Notes: generated by a model from the letters alone, not told the origin. 64,000 bases of DNA from Candidatus Latescibacterota bacterium (GCA_965222075.1 OZ244937.1:4192001-4256000); one strand, 5' to 3'. Numbered from the stretch's first letter, positions 19,614-28,564 are shown. A program made the numbers and translations.

Positions 19614-20702
19614 TTAATACACTCCCACCACAACGGATTCCTGAAGTTCGGAAAGAAGCCTCAGGTTGCGCACGCCGTCCCAGGGGTAGGGCTCGATCGG
19701 TTCTGCCCGTTCCGCTTCATCCCGTTCTAAAAATCGCGGCATAAAAAACTCTTTGGTCAGCGTCGTCAGCATCACCCGGCCCGTTTCGCCGTAATCCACA
19801 GGTTTGTCGGGATTGGCGGGATCTACAAGCTCGATAACCGCTCGAGGGCAGGGTGAATAGTAAATAATCGCGTAATCATCTGCAGGATCAAACGGCTTGG
19901 AGTGCGCCAGCCCCATCAGCGTGTTCCCGTACGTGGGTACAAAATCAACGCCTGGAACCAGCTCTTCCCGGGCAAAGCGGTGAAATTGGGCATTCATCTC
20001 TGTGCCGCCGCAAAAAATCCCGGCGATGCCCACCTTCTCCAGCGAGACTTTTTCACACAGGGCTTCCAGCAGCCTGGGGGTAGTGAAAATGCACCGGATA
20101 TTGTCATTGGCTCTTAAAATCGTCAGCGCCTGATCAATCACGTGGGCCTTGTACGTATCCATCTCCTGAAGCTTGCCATGCCCGATCAGCTTATTCACCC
20201 ACCGCGGGTCCAGATCCACCAGAAAGCAGATCCCCCCCCGGATCTGGGCCAGGTACTCAATCGCAAGGCGCAGCCGCCGCGGCCCGGTCGGCCCCAGCAT
20301 CAGCCAGTCGCTCCCCCTGGGAAACCCCTCCTCCGACAGGTGCTCGCTGAACATCTCGTAGTCGGTCTGAAAATCGTGAATATTAATCCGATACTTGGGC
20401 ACCCCGGTGGAGCCGCCCGTTTCAAACACATAAACCGGTTTATCGGCAAGCGCCCGGGGCACCCAGCGCCTCACGGGCCCGCCGCGCAGCCACTCGTCCT
20501 GAAAATGGCCCAGCGCCTTGAGGTCGCCGTACCCGCCGATCTCTTTGCACGGGTCAAAATCGAGGCCCCCGGCAAATTCCAGCCAGAACGGACAGCCGGT
20601 CTCCGGACTGAAATGCCACTGCACGATGTCACGAACGTGGGCATCCAGCTCCTGGCGTGCTTTTTCAACCTTCTGGGATAAGGTTCGATCTAAGATCTCC
20701 AT
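19614..20702 (-). CDS. Atypical ANL adenylating enzyme, EhpF/GriC-like
   Basis: Shares ordered motifs with EhpF as I recall its sequence: WHFSPETGCPFWL, ETGGSTGVPK, PTGP, DLDPRWV, GGTE, YGNT, VDYGETGRV, PRFLERD, C-terminal GVY; similar length (~360 aa). Confidence 0.82.
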   Translation of the reverse strand: MEILDRTLSQKVEKARQELDAHVRDIVQWHFSPETGCPFWLEFAGGLDFDPCKEIGGYGDLKALGHFQDEWLRGGPVRRWVPRALADKPVYVFETGGSTGVPKYRINIHDFQTDYEMFSEHLSEEGFPRGSDWLMLGPTGPRRLRLAIEYLAQIRGGICFLVDLDPRWVNKLIGHGKLQEMDTYKAHVIDQALTILRANDNIRCIFTTPRLLEALCEKVSLEKVGIAGIFCGGTEMNAQFHRFAREELVPGVDFVPTYGNTLMGLAHSKPFDPADDYAIIYYSPCPRAVIELVDPANPDKPVDYGETGRVMLTTLTKEFFMPRFLERDEAERAEPIEPYPWDGVRNLRLLSELQESVVVGVY

Positions 20703-20723
20703 TCAACCCCCAACCGTCAGTCA

Positions 20724-20770
20724 AATTGCGGATTGCAGAATAAAGGGTTTTCAATCCGCAATCCGCAATT
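20724..20770. repeat. Inverted repeat built from AATCCGC heptamers
   Basis: AATTGCGGATTGCAGAAT (20724-20741) pairs with AATCCGCAATCCGCAATT (20753-20770) at 16 of 18 positions; intergenic within the operon. Confidence 0.7.
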
Positions 20771-20774
20771 GTCT

Positions 20775-22238
20775 TTACCGGCCTCTGTCTTCAATCGCAA
20801 AAAGCGTATTGCGGCCCCCAATATAAAGCACCCCGTCTTTTGCCACAGGCGTGGTGTATACGGCGCTGCCCATGTTCACTTCATAAAGCAGCTCCAGCTT
20901 TTTGCCTACCTTCAAGACGGCAACATCCCCGTCCTCGTCTCCAATATAAACCTTTCCGTCGGCCACAAACGGCGATCCCCAGATTGCGGCAAACGTGTCG
21001 TACTTCCAGTGAGATTTGCCCGTCTTGACATCCAGGCAGTAGACAAACCCGCTCAGATCCGCCGCGTAGAGCAGGCCGTCGTGAATGGCCACGGTAGACA
21101 TCGTCCGGTTAAAATCCTGCCCCCCAAAATGCCACACCGTGCCGCTCCCGGTCACATCCCCTTTGCCCGTCGCGTCGATCGCCCACAGGTGGCCGACGCC
21201 TTCTCCGTGCTCGGGATCCTGTCCCACACCGATAAAGACCTTGTTGTCGTACACAACCGGCGTTGCAACAATGTTATTGCGCGTTCCCCTTCCGCCCAGT
21301 TCCCAGACCGACTCCTTGGGATTGCAGTCAAACTTCCAGATCAGCTCCCCCGTCTCAGGCTCTAACGCATAAATCCACCCATCTCCCCCTGGAAAAATCA
21401 CCTGCGGCTTGCCGTTAATCACCCCGTAGGCCGGATTGGACCACTGCCCGTGCAGGATATTTTCTCCGGGAAGGTCCTTTTCCCAAACGACCTCACCCGT
21501 CTTCGTGTTGACCGCAATAAAACTCGGCGCAAACGGGGAAGGAATGTGGAAATGCCCCTCGTCTACCCCGTTGCTGGTCACCACAAATAGGAGGTCGCCT
21601 GCGCCGACGGGGGAGCAGGTGGCCAAGTTGTGCGGGAAAACCTCCAGCTCCGCCATCATGTCCAGCTTCCAGATCATATCCGCACCGATGTCGCTCGTAT
21701 CGGCTTCCGCTTTGAACGGCCCGTCGTTCTCACCATCCCGGAATCCCTCGGTATCCACACACACCACCTCACAGCGATTGGAGATATAATACAGCCGATC
21801 CTCCTCCACATAAGGCGTTGAGCAGATCCCCTGCTGGGGCCAGTCGTTCACCCGTCCGGCAGCCAGCTTCGTATGCGTGGACTGCCAGAGAAACCGGCCG
21901 TCCGCCTGCCGAAACGCCATTACAACGCCGCGGTCGCCCGTGAGTTTGGGGTCCCGTAAGCCCTGGTTGTTCGTGCCCACAAAGATTTTACCGCCCACAA
22001 TCACGGGCCCCGCATACGTCTGGGACCCCAACACTTCTTTCCATTTAATATTCTCCCCTGTAGCGGGGTCCCACTTTGTCGGCAGGCCTTTCTCGTCAGA
22101 GACCAGATTGCGATCAGGCGTGAAGCCCCACATCGCAGCCTCCTGGGCAGCGGCCGCCGGCGCAATTGCCAAAACTGTTACCACTGTGACGTAAGCAAAC
22201 AGAAAAATATTCCCCATCGGGATGCGTTTAGATTTCAT
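20775..22238 (-). CDS. Secreted PQQ-like beta-propeller protein (2 of 4)
   Basis: Signal peptide ending AAAA-QE; blades such as GICSTP, NLATCSP, QWSNP, IVATP, IWGSP and VYTTP, each followed by G..W. Confidence 0.87.
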   Translation of the reverse strand: MKSKRIPMGNIFLFAYVTVVTVLAIAPAAAAQEAAMWGFTPDRNLVSDEKGLPTKWDPATGENIKWKEVLGSQTYAGPVIVGGKIFVGTNNQGLRDPKLTGDRGVVMAFRQADGRFLWQSTHTKLAAGRVNDWPQQGICSTPYVEEDRLYYISNRCEVVCVDTEGFRDGENDGPFKAEADTSDIGADMIWKLDMMAELEVFPHNLATCSPVGAGDLLFVVTSNGVDEGHFHIPSPFAPSFIAVNTKTGEVVWEKDLPGENILHGQWSNPAYGVINGKPQVIFPGGDGWIYALEPETGELIWKFDCNPKESVWELGGRGTRNNIVATPVVYDNKVFIGVGQDPEHGEGVGHLWAIDATGKGDVTGSGTVWHFGGQDFNRTMSTVAIHDGLLYAADLSGFVYCLDVKTGKSHWKYDTFAAIWGSPFVADGKVYIGDEDGDVAVLKVGKKLELLYEVNMGSAVYTTPVAKDGVLYIGGRNTLFAIEDRGR

Positions 22239-22275
22239 CTCTCACCTCGGTGAAATTGAAGATCGAATATTGAAT

Positions 22276-24489
22276 TCAATCTTCAATAACCTTGATATTA
22301 TCGTAGTATATCTCCGCCGGCGAATACCCATACAGCCCCGGGCTCCCTTCCCGGTTGGGCAGCGGGTCTTCCGCCGTAATCGTCCAGGCCCCGGGCTCGG
22401 GGTCGGAGGTCCGCCAGACCTTCCCCTTGACAATCGCTTTCTCGCCGACAACATCCACCTTCAACTTCATCGTATACCACACATCCGGGTCCCACTGAAA
22501 GTCGATCGTCTTGGCCATCCTCAGATCCGACGTCCAGGAACGGACCTGCAGCCGCTGGTGGTTGCCCATCATATCCAGCGTATAGCGGTTGGCGATCAAC
22601 CCCATATCGGAACGCCTCCGTCCCCTTTTGGCGCCCATCAGATCGGCCTGAATCGTGTAATTCGCCATACCGGGCGGGCCCAGATAAACATTGGAACGGT
22701 TTAACCCCCGTCTTACCGGCGCTTTGACCAGCACCTTGTTCCCGTCCTTCACCTTAACCAGAAACTTGGTCCCTGCCCCCACCCAGTGGGAGGGATTCTT
22801 GTCCACCTCAACCGATTCAAAGTCTTCAGACCACGGCAGAGGAGGCACAACCCGAACCCGTGCGGCCCCTTTTAAATCTCCCACCTGAGCAAAAAGGAAG
22901 CCTGCTTGCGCGCCCCGTTTTTTATCCGGCGTAAACCGTCCTTTCTCACCCATCTCTCCCAACAGCCCTTTGAGCGACCACGCGGCGTTCACCCTCCGTA
23001 TAAATCTTCCCTGAGCGTCAAAAGTCCGCACGCTGAACCGAACCGTCTCGCCCGGGCGAACCAGAACCTCCGCAGGGACGACCCGGATGGTGGCCGGTGG
23101 GGCGTTCCGATCGGGTCTCCTTCCAGCACCCGCCATCGCTTTGGAGGGTATAACGGTGAATTCGGCCTTTTTGTCGCCCAGGCAGTAAAGCCCCTCTTCT
23201 GTTGTAAAATAGATCCGCCCATAAGCAACCGCAGGCGACCCGTAGATCTCCGCAGGGCGTCCACCGGGCAACTTGATTTTTTCTTTATCGAGCGCTTTGC
23301 CGGCATCCTTCCCGGCTTGAACCACCTGAAACGCACCGTTCACTTCCGTTACGTACAACTTTCCATCCGCCCACACCGGAGACCCCTTGCCCACCGTACC
23401 GACATTGTAATGCCAGTAAACCGTGCCATTTTCGGCATCCAGACAGTGAAGGTTCGCCGAATTGTCGACAACATAAAGCCGCCCGGCGTGCACCACCGGC
23501 GAGGCATACCCCACCATACACTCGTCGTAGCGCCAGGCTTCGTGCGTTTTGGTCACATCGCCCGTCCCGGTTCCATCAATGCACACCACCCGTCCCATGG
23601 ACGTATTGTCCAGATTCTCTTCGCTGTGGGCCGCATACACCCGGTCCCCGTCCACCACCACCGAGGCATTGATGCCGCGCTTGCTAAGCTGGAATCCCCA
23701 CACCTTCTCTCCCGTTTGCACCTTAAGCGCATAGATCGCGCCATTCGCATTTCCGGCAATCAGGAGCCGCTGCCCGTTGATCACCGCCACAACCGGTGTG
23801 GAGTACGTGGTATCCTTTGGCGGCCCCCCCGGTGTCGAAATCCAGACCACCTCACCCGTCCGTTTATCAAACGCATAATAACGGTGTCTGCCCGGCACCT
23901 GGTCTCCCCAGCTGGAATTGAGAAAACTGATAATCACAAGGTCGCCGTCCACAAACGGCGTATGGACGCGCCCCCCATAACCCGAAATCCGACCCAATTC
24001 TTCGGTTAAAGAACGCGACCACAAGATATTGCCGTCTCTGTCAAAACAGAAAAACAGCCCCCCGATCCCGTGGGCATATACATTCCCGGTTTCAGGATCG
24101 CCGGCCGGACTCGCCCAGCCCACGCGGTTAAAAGGAATGGTCGTGTGAAAAACGTTGAACCGGTGCTCCCAGAGCAATTTTCCGGTCTCGGCGTCAAAAC
24201 AGGCGACCCGTTCCTGCTCGGTGATATCTTTGCCGATTCGCCCGATCGCATACACCCGGCCGTTGAGCACAACAGGTGTGGAACGGCCGATAAAATCCGC
24301 CTTCCAGATCAGGTTTTCGTCCTCTAAAGACCAGTTTGAGATCAAACCCCTTTCCGGGGAAACCCCGGTTTGCAGGGGGCCGCGCCAGTGCGGCCAGTCT
24401 GCGGCCAGAACGCTCTGACAGCCAGCGCTCCCCACCAGGTGCAGGCAGAGCGAGATACCGATCATCTTAAGTGTAATTTGAGTTCTCAT
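22276..24489 (-). CDS. Secreted PQQ-like beta-propeller protein with C-terminal Ig-like and lectin/ConA-like domains (1 of 4)
   Basis: Signal peptide, DWPHWRGP, propeller blades to about aa 440, an Ig-like segment (IRVVPAEVLVRPGETVRF) and a beta-sandwich tail (WYTMKLKV...VKGKVW...IYYDNIKV). Confidence 0.85.
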   Translation of the reverse strand: MRTQITLKMIGISLCLHLVGSAGCQSVLAADWPHWRGPLQTGVSPERGLISNWSLEDENLIWKADFIGRSTPVVLNGRVYAIGRIGKDITEQERVACFDAETGKLLWEHRFNVFHTTIPFNRVGWASPAGDPETGNVYAHGIGGLFFCFDRDGNILWSRSLTEELGRISGYGGRVHTPFVDGDLVIISFLNSSWGDQVPGRHRYYAFDKRTGEVVWISTPGGPPKDTTYSTPVVAVINGQRLLIAGNANGAIYALKVQTGEKVWGFQLSKRGINASVVVDGDRVYAAHSEENLDNTSMGRVVCIDGTGTGDVTKTHEAWRYDECMVGYASPVVHAGRLYVVDNSANLHCLDAENGTVYWHYNVGTVGKGSPVWADGKLYVTEVNGAFQVVQAGKDAGKALDKEKIKLPGGRPAEIYGSPAVAYGRIYFTTEEGLYCLGDKKAEFTVIPSKAMAGAGRRPDRNAPPATIRVVPAEVLVRPGETVRFSVRTFDAQGRFIRRVNAAWSLKGLLGEMGEKGRFTPDKKRGAQAGFLFAQVGDLKGAARVRVVPPLPWSEDFESVEVDKNPSHWVGAGTKFLVKVKDGNKVLVKAPVRRGLNRSNVYLGPPGMANYTIQADLMGAKRGRRRSDMGLIANRYTLDMMGNHQRLQVRSWTSDLRMAKTIDFQWDPDVWYTMKLKVDVVGEKAIVKGKVWRTSDPEPGAWTITAEDPLPNREGSPGLYGYSPAEIYYDNIKVIED

Positions 24490-24578
24490 GCAAAACCTTT
24501 GTGTGAATAATCACCCAGAGACATCAGGGCAAAGCGACTGGAAGTCTTGAACCGATCTACGGAAACGAGCGATGGTAT

Positions 24579-24607
24579 ATAATATCCTGTATCACAGCGG
24601 AAATCAA
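24579..24607 (-). promoter_or_regulatory. Sigma70-type promoter for the 15-gene operon
   Basis: Minus strand TTGATT-17 nt-TATTAT, about 90 nt upstream of the ATG at 24489. Confidence 0.6.
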
Positions 24608-24722
24608 GCAAAAGAACGCCCTTCCCCCGTGTTCGGTCGCCTCGATTGAGGCTCCTGCTTGGAAGAAGGGCATTAGCCTCGGCTCACGCCGACGTGTGGA
24701 CTTGCAGATCAGAAAAAAATTG

Positions 24723-24752
24723 TTGTCATTATGACATCTTGTTGTATAGATT
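24723..24752 (+). promoter_or_regulatory. Promoter for the di-haem protein gene with an overlapping palindromic operator
   Basis: TTGTCA-18 nt-TAGATT; the perfect palindrome TGTCAT-T-ATGACA (24724-24736) covers the -35 box. Confidence 0.5.
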
Positions 24753-24838
24753 TATAGGACAGGCAGCTTCTGGGATCGCGAACGCCAAACAGGAACCCTT
24801 GTTCTGAAACCCATCGGCTTCTCGCAGGAGGTCGTAAG

Positions 24839-26089
24839 ATGACAAAAGGTGGGTCTATTTCGGCCAGAAGACTCCCCTCCGGCCGGCTGATCGTACTGGC
24901 TGTAGCAATGCTGGCAGGCGCCCTCACCCTGGCGGGCTGCGAGGGCAGGCAGCAGGCAGACCCGTCCCTGGAAGCCCAGACCGGCGCCATCCCCCTCGAC
25001 GGCCTTTCCCCGTCTCAGAAAGCCGCCTTTATCAGAGGCGCCGAACAGTTCGAGCGCTCCTTTACGATTCCGGAGGGGTTGGGCCCTCTCTTCAACCAGT
25101 CGAGCTGTGTCTCCTGCCACCCGGGTAACGGCCGGGGAACCCCCGCCACCGCCCTGACCCGCTTCAGCAAAAAGGACGATCCTGTGCTGCACTTAGGTGG
25201 ACCGCAGCTCCAGGATAAGAGCATCCCGGGCGTGCCTCCCGAAGTCCTGCCGCGCTATGTGGACACCTCCGTTCGGATGCCTCCGCAACTCTTCGGCGCG
25301 GGGTTGATCGAGTCGATCCCCGAAGAGGCGCTGATCGCCCTTACAGACCCGGACGATGCGAACGGCGACGGCATCTCGGGGCGCGTGAACTTGGTAAAGC
25401 GCACAGTCTCTTCGCCAGAAGGCAAGGGGGGGGCAGAACCCGGCCGAGTTGTGGGCCGGTTCGGGCTTAAGGCGAACGTGTCCTCGTTGCTGGATCAGGT
25501 GGTCAGCGCCTACCGCGAAGATATCGGGATCACCTCCGATTTCCTCCCCGAAGAGGTCCCGCATCCGCAGTTCAACGGCGACGCGATCGGTGACATCGTC
25601 CCCGACCCGGAGCTCTCCGCCTCACAGGTCCGAGACGTGGTGACCTACGTGCGCCTTCTGGCGCCGCCCCAGCGGGGGGAGATCACCGACGAAGTCCGGA
25701 GAGGGGAGGCGCTTTTTACCCGGATCGGCTGTGTCTCCTGCCACGTGCCCACCCTGAAGACGGGGCCAAACCCGATACCGGCGCTCAACGAGGTTGAGGT
25801 GCGCCTCTATTCCGACCTGCTCCTGCACGATGTGGGCTACTTCCTGGGCGACGGCCAGCAGGAGGAAGGTGACAACGGCTACGAATGGCGCACGTCCCCC
25901 CTGTGGGGACTGCGGCTGGCCGGCGACCGACACGGCGGGACACCCTTCTACATGCACGACGGCCGGACCTCCGACCTGAGGGAGGTCATCTGGATGCACC
26001 TTGGCGAGGCCACAGAGGCCCGGAACCGCTTCCTGTCCCTCCCCAAAGGGGATCAGAAGGCGTTGATTGCCTTCCTGATGTCCCTTTGA
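24839..26089 (+). CDS. Di-haem oxidoreductase family lipoprotein (DHOR/DUF1111)
   Basis: Lipobox LAGC, two CVSCH haem c motifs, family motifs GLGPLFN, DPDDANGDGISGR, GRFGLKA, YSDLLLHD, WRTSPLWG and MHDGR. Confidence 0.88.
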   Translation: MTKGGSISARRLPSGRLIVLAVAMLAGALTLAGCEGRQQADPSLEAQTGAIPLDGLSPSQKAAFIRGAEQFERSFTIPEGLGPLFNQSSCVSCHPGNGRGTPATALTRFSKKDDPVLHLGGPQLQDKSIPGVPPEVLPRYVDTSVRMPPQLFGAGLIESIPEEALIALTDPDDANGDGISGRVNLVKRTVSSPEGKGGAEPGRVVGRFGLKANVSSLLDQVVSAYREDIGITSDFLPEEVPHPQFNGDAIGDIVPDPELSASQVRDVVTYVRLLAPPQRGEITDEVRRGEALFTRIGCVSCHVPTLKTGPNPIPALNEVEVRLYSDLLLHDVGYFLGDGQQEEGDNGYEWRTSPLWGLRLAGDRHGGTPFYMHDGRTSDLREVIWMHLGEATEARNRFLSLPKGDQKALIAFLMSL

Positions 26090-26115
26090 GTGTTGGCTTT
26101 ATCAGAGGAACACCG

Positions 26116-26928
26116 ATGAGACCATTCGGGATCTTTTTAACAGGATTGGCGCTTGTGGTGGGGTGCGGTGAGAAAATCGAAGTTGAAAGAGAGATCCACG
26201 CCCAGACCGGCCAGGTGATTACAGAATATGAATACTACCACCATCCGGAGACGCACGAAAAGGTAAAACATGGATATCACAAAACATACCATGTAGCAGG
26301 AAAGAAAGGATATCGGGAAGTAGGAAACTACAACCATGGGAAGAAGGCAGGCGTCTGGACTTACTACCAGGAGAACGGAAACAAATATTTAGACCTGATA
26401 CTGAAAGGCGGCAATGAACAGAGATTCACCTTCTATTACAAAAATGGAAATAAGAAATATGAAGGAAAAACAAAAAATGGGCTGAGAGAAGGATTCTGGA
26501 CCTTCTATCGTGAAAGTGAAAAAAAAGAGAGTGAAGGAATATATAAAAAGGCCAAACGAGAGGGATTCTGGACCTTCTACGACGAAAACGGAAAGAAGGA
26601 GAGCGAAGGAAACTGGAAGGACGACAAACAGGAAGGCCTCTGGAGGTTCTATCATCCAAATGGAAAGAAGAGAGAAGAGGTCACGTTCATAGGTGGAAAA
26701 AGAGAAGGCGCTGTTACGGTTTATGACAAAAATGGGAACAAAAGAATGTCAGGAAGCTATAAAAACGGCAAAATGGAAGGATTCTTTACGCTCTACCACA
26801 CCAATGGGAACAAAAGAACAGAAGGAATATTTGCAGACGGAAAAAGAGAAGGCCTTTGGACACAGTATGATGAAAGTGGAACCGTCCTATCCAGAAAGAC
26901 CTACAAAGAGGGGAAAGAGGTGGAATGA
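26116..26928 (+). CDS. MORN-variant repeat lipoprotein (YwqK antitoxin-like)
   Basis: ATG at 26116 with lipobox VVGC; about 8 repeats of G.K.G.WT.YY.NG.K..EG.Y; AT-rich and Lys-rich. Confidence 0.82.
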   Translation: MRPFGIFLTGLALVVGCGEKIEVEREIHAQTGQVITEYEYYHHPETHEKVKHGYHKTYHVAGKKGYREVGNYNHGKKAGVWTYYQENGNKYLDLILKGGNEQRFTFYYKNGNKKYEGKTKNGLREGFWTFYRESEKKESEGIYKKAKREGFWTFYDENGKKESEGNWKDDKQEGLWRFYHPNGKKREEVTFIGGKREGAVTVYDKNGNKRMSGSYKNGKMEGFFTLYHTNGNKRTEGIFADGKREGLWTQYDESGTVLSRKTYKEGKEVE

Positions 26929-26931
26929 TTA

Positions 26932-26951
26932 AGGAGGGCTTCGGCTTTTCT
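26932..26951 (+). terminator. Probable terminator hairpin
   Basis: AGGAGGGC-TTCG-GCTTTTCT with a C(UUCG)G loop just after the stop codon, between convergent genes. Confidence 0.4.
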
Positions 26952-26980
26952 GTTGGCATGAAACGTCTCTGGGAAAATAG

Positions 26981-28564
26981 CTACAATAGACCTGCGCCCT
27001 GAATAGGAGAGGCCACGATGTTTTTTTCTTCTATGTTACGAGGCCGATAGTATCTCGCACGCATGGCATCTATTACAGAATCAACGGCCTCTGTTTTTAC
27101 CAGAACCATCATGCTGCCGCCCATACCTGCACCCGATATCTGCGCTCCGTCAGCGCCGGTTTCTAAGGCTATGTCAACCATTCCATCAATTTCAGGGATG
27201 CTGCAGTTATAATCCCCTGGTTGTAAATGCAGGTCTTGTTCCGGATTGAATCTGGGTGAGCTTAAGGAGACTCTATCTCCATCGTGGGAGACGTTCATTA
27301 ACTGACCATAAATATCTACTCTATTTTGGTTTAATACTTCTTTTAACATTCTGCTGCGTTCGGCTTCAGCAATACCGTAGGTCAACACCATGCGAATCTG
27401 ATAATCACCTTCAGGTTCACTATGCGTGGCAAACTGCTGCTTCAGTAAAGCTTGATCTTCAGGCCATTGTTTTAACAACTCCTGTCTGTTGATGCGCTCT
27501 GGCAGGTGTTGTATCAGTCTGTATGTCTGCTGCTGGCGCAGACATTCGACCACATCGCCCAGGTGGAATTTTTTTTCTATTTCTAACCCCTGCCTGCTAT
27601 CCACAATTCTCTGGAATATGTCCCCATGCTGTTCTTGCATATATCCTCTTAGGTAGATCTCTCCGATTTCATAGGTCGCCGTCTTTTCGTTAAATTTCTG
27701 TCCGGCTGCCCCTGTTTTGACCGCTTCTATCCCCGAATCGAATATGACGATCTGGTACCCCTCCGGGAAGGGAAGGTAAGCGTCGATCATGAGTTCGGGA
27801 AGCGTTCTCATGTGTGTGATCTTCCCTAACCGACCGAATTTGATCGCAGCGTGGTCGCCTGAACCCCCTCTGGTGCCGACATACCATTCTGCAGCGCCAC
27901 AGTACCTGACGAATTGCTGGTCGTCTAAAGAGATACTATTGACGTCCATCATGATTTCCATCGATGCTACAACAATGGCTGAAGAGGAACTCAGACCTGC
28001 CTTGCCGGGGATGCTGCTGCTCACCACAGCCTCAAATCCCAGCAGTTTCTCACCGGGGAATTGCAGGTGAAGGTATACAGGGGCCGCTTTCAGTTTAGGG
28101 CTCCAATCCTCGTTCGTCCCCGCCGCTTTACGTTCGTCCGTTTTTTTTTGGGTCCAGTCTAACCATTCGCTGTCTGAGGTTATTGGAACAGAGGCACATG
28201 CTTCCGTAATTCTAAAGCCCCTTGTTCCATACGACCGGTCTAAATTATATACTTCAACAGAATCGTCGTTTCTGCCAGCATAACAGAGGAGGATTTCTTT
28301 GTCTATGGACATCGGATTGATATATGCGCCCCGGTGGTCGGCGTGCCTGCCCAGAGTATTTAATCTTCCCGGCACTCTGACGAACCCGACCTCTTTGGCG
28401 CCATAGATTTCTCCGAATTTGTCGGTCAAGCTCAATAAGGCGTTCAACCGTTCCTCAAGAAGCGCACGGTTTTCACCGTAGATGGATTCAAGCCGAGAGA
28501 TTAAATGGCGATCTCTCTTCCGGATCAAGTCCCTCCATTCATCGGTGTTTTTTTTGCCAATCAT
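26981..28564 (-). CDS. GHMP-family sugar kinase (galactokinase/N-acetylhexosamine kinase-like)
   Basis: PGRLNTLGRHADH, IPGKAGLSSSSA, EWYVGTRGGSGDH, GAQISGAGMGG. The ATG at 28564 has a GGAG RBS; the longer track start overlaps the upstream gene. Confidence 0.85.
   Translation of the reverse strand: MIGKKNTDEWRDLIRKRDRHLISRLESIYGENRALLEERLNALLSLTDKFGEIYGAKEVGFVRVPGRLNTLGRHADHRGAYINPMSIDKEILLCYAGRNDDSVEVYNLDRSYGTRGFRITEACASVPITSDSEWLDWTQKKTDERKAAGTNEDWSPKLKAAPVYLHLQFPGEKLLGFEAVVSSSIPGKAGLSSSSAIVVASMEIMMDVNSISLDDQQFVRYCGAAEWYVGTRGGSGDHAAIKFGRLGKITHMRTLPELMIDAYLPFPEGYQIVIFDSGIEAVKTGAAGQKFNEKTATYEIGEIYLRGYMQEQHGDIFQRIVDSRQGLEIEKKFHLGDVVECLRQQQTYRLIQHLPERINRQELLKQWPEDQALLKQQFATHSEPEGDYQIRMVLTYGIAEAERSRMLKEVLNQNRVDIYGQLMNVSHDGDRVSLSSPRFNPEQDLHLQPGDYNCSIPEIDGMVDIALETGADGAQISGAGMGGSMMVLVKTEAVDSVIDAMRARYYRPRNIEEKNIVASPIQGAGLL

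Noticed and set aside
22906-24009. 367-aa plus-strand ORF (similar cases at 13694, 45946 and 52372)
   Set aside because: Antisense shadows of well-supported genes.
4260-24489. Reading the operon as a RiPP, PQQ-biosynthesis or phenazine cluster
   Set aside because: The spacers are too short for a precursor peptide, there are no pqqB-E or RRE domains, the radical SAM enzyme is HemN-type rather than SPASM, and there are no phz core genes.
24618-24671. Nested hairpin GCCCTTC...GCCTC-GATT-GAGGC...GAAGGGC
   Set aside because: It lies upstream of both divergent promoters, so it is probably untranscribed; no riboswitch consensus recognised; the stems are short.
25885-26115. N-terminal extension of the MORN ORF in the track (also the extended starts at 1231, 28822, 32000, 42009 and 62630)
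   Set aside because: They overlap neighbouring genes or promoters; downstream starts have a better RBS or signal peptide.
26300-26900. Periodic A-rich repeats
   Set aside because: Explained by MORN-variant protein repeats.
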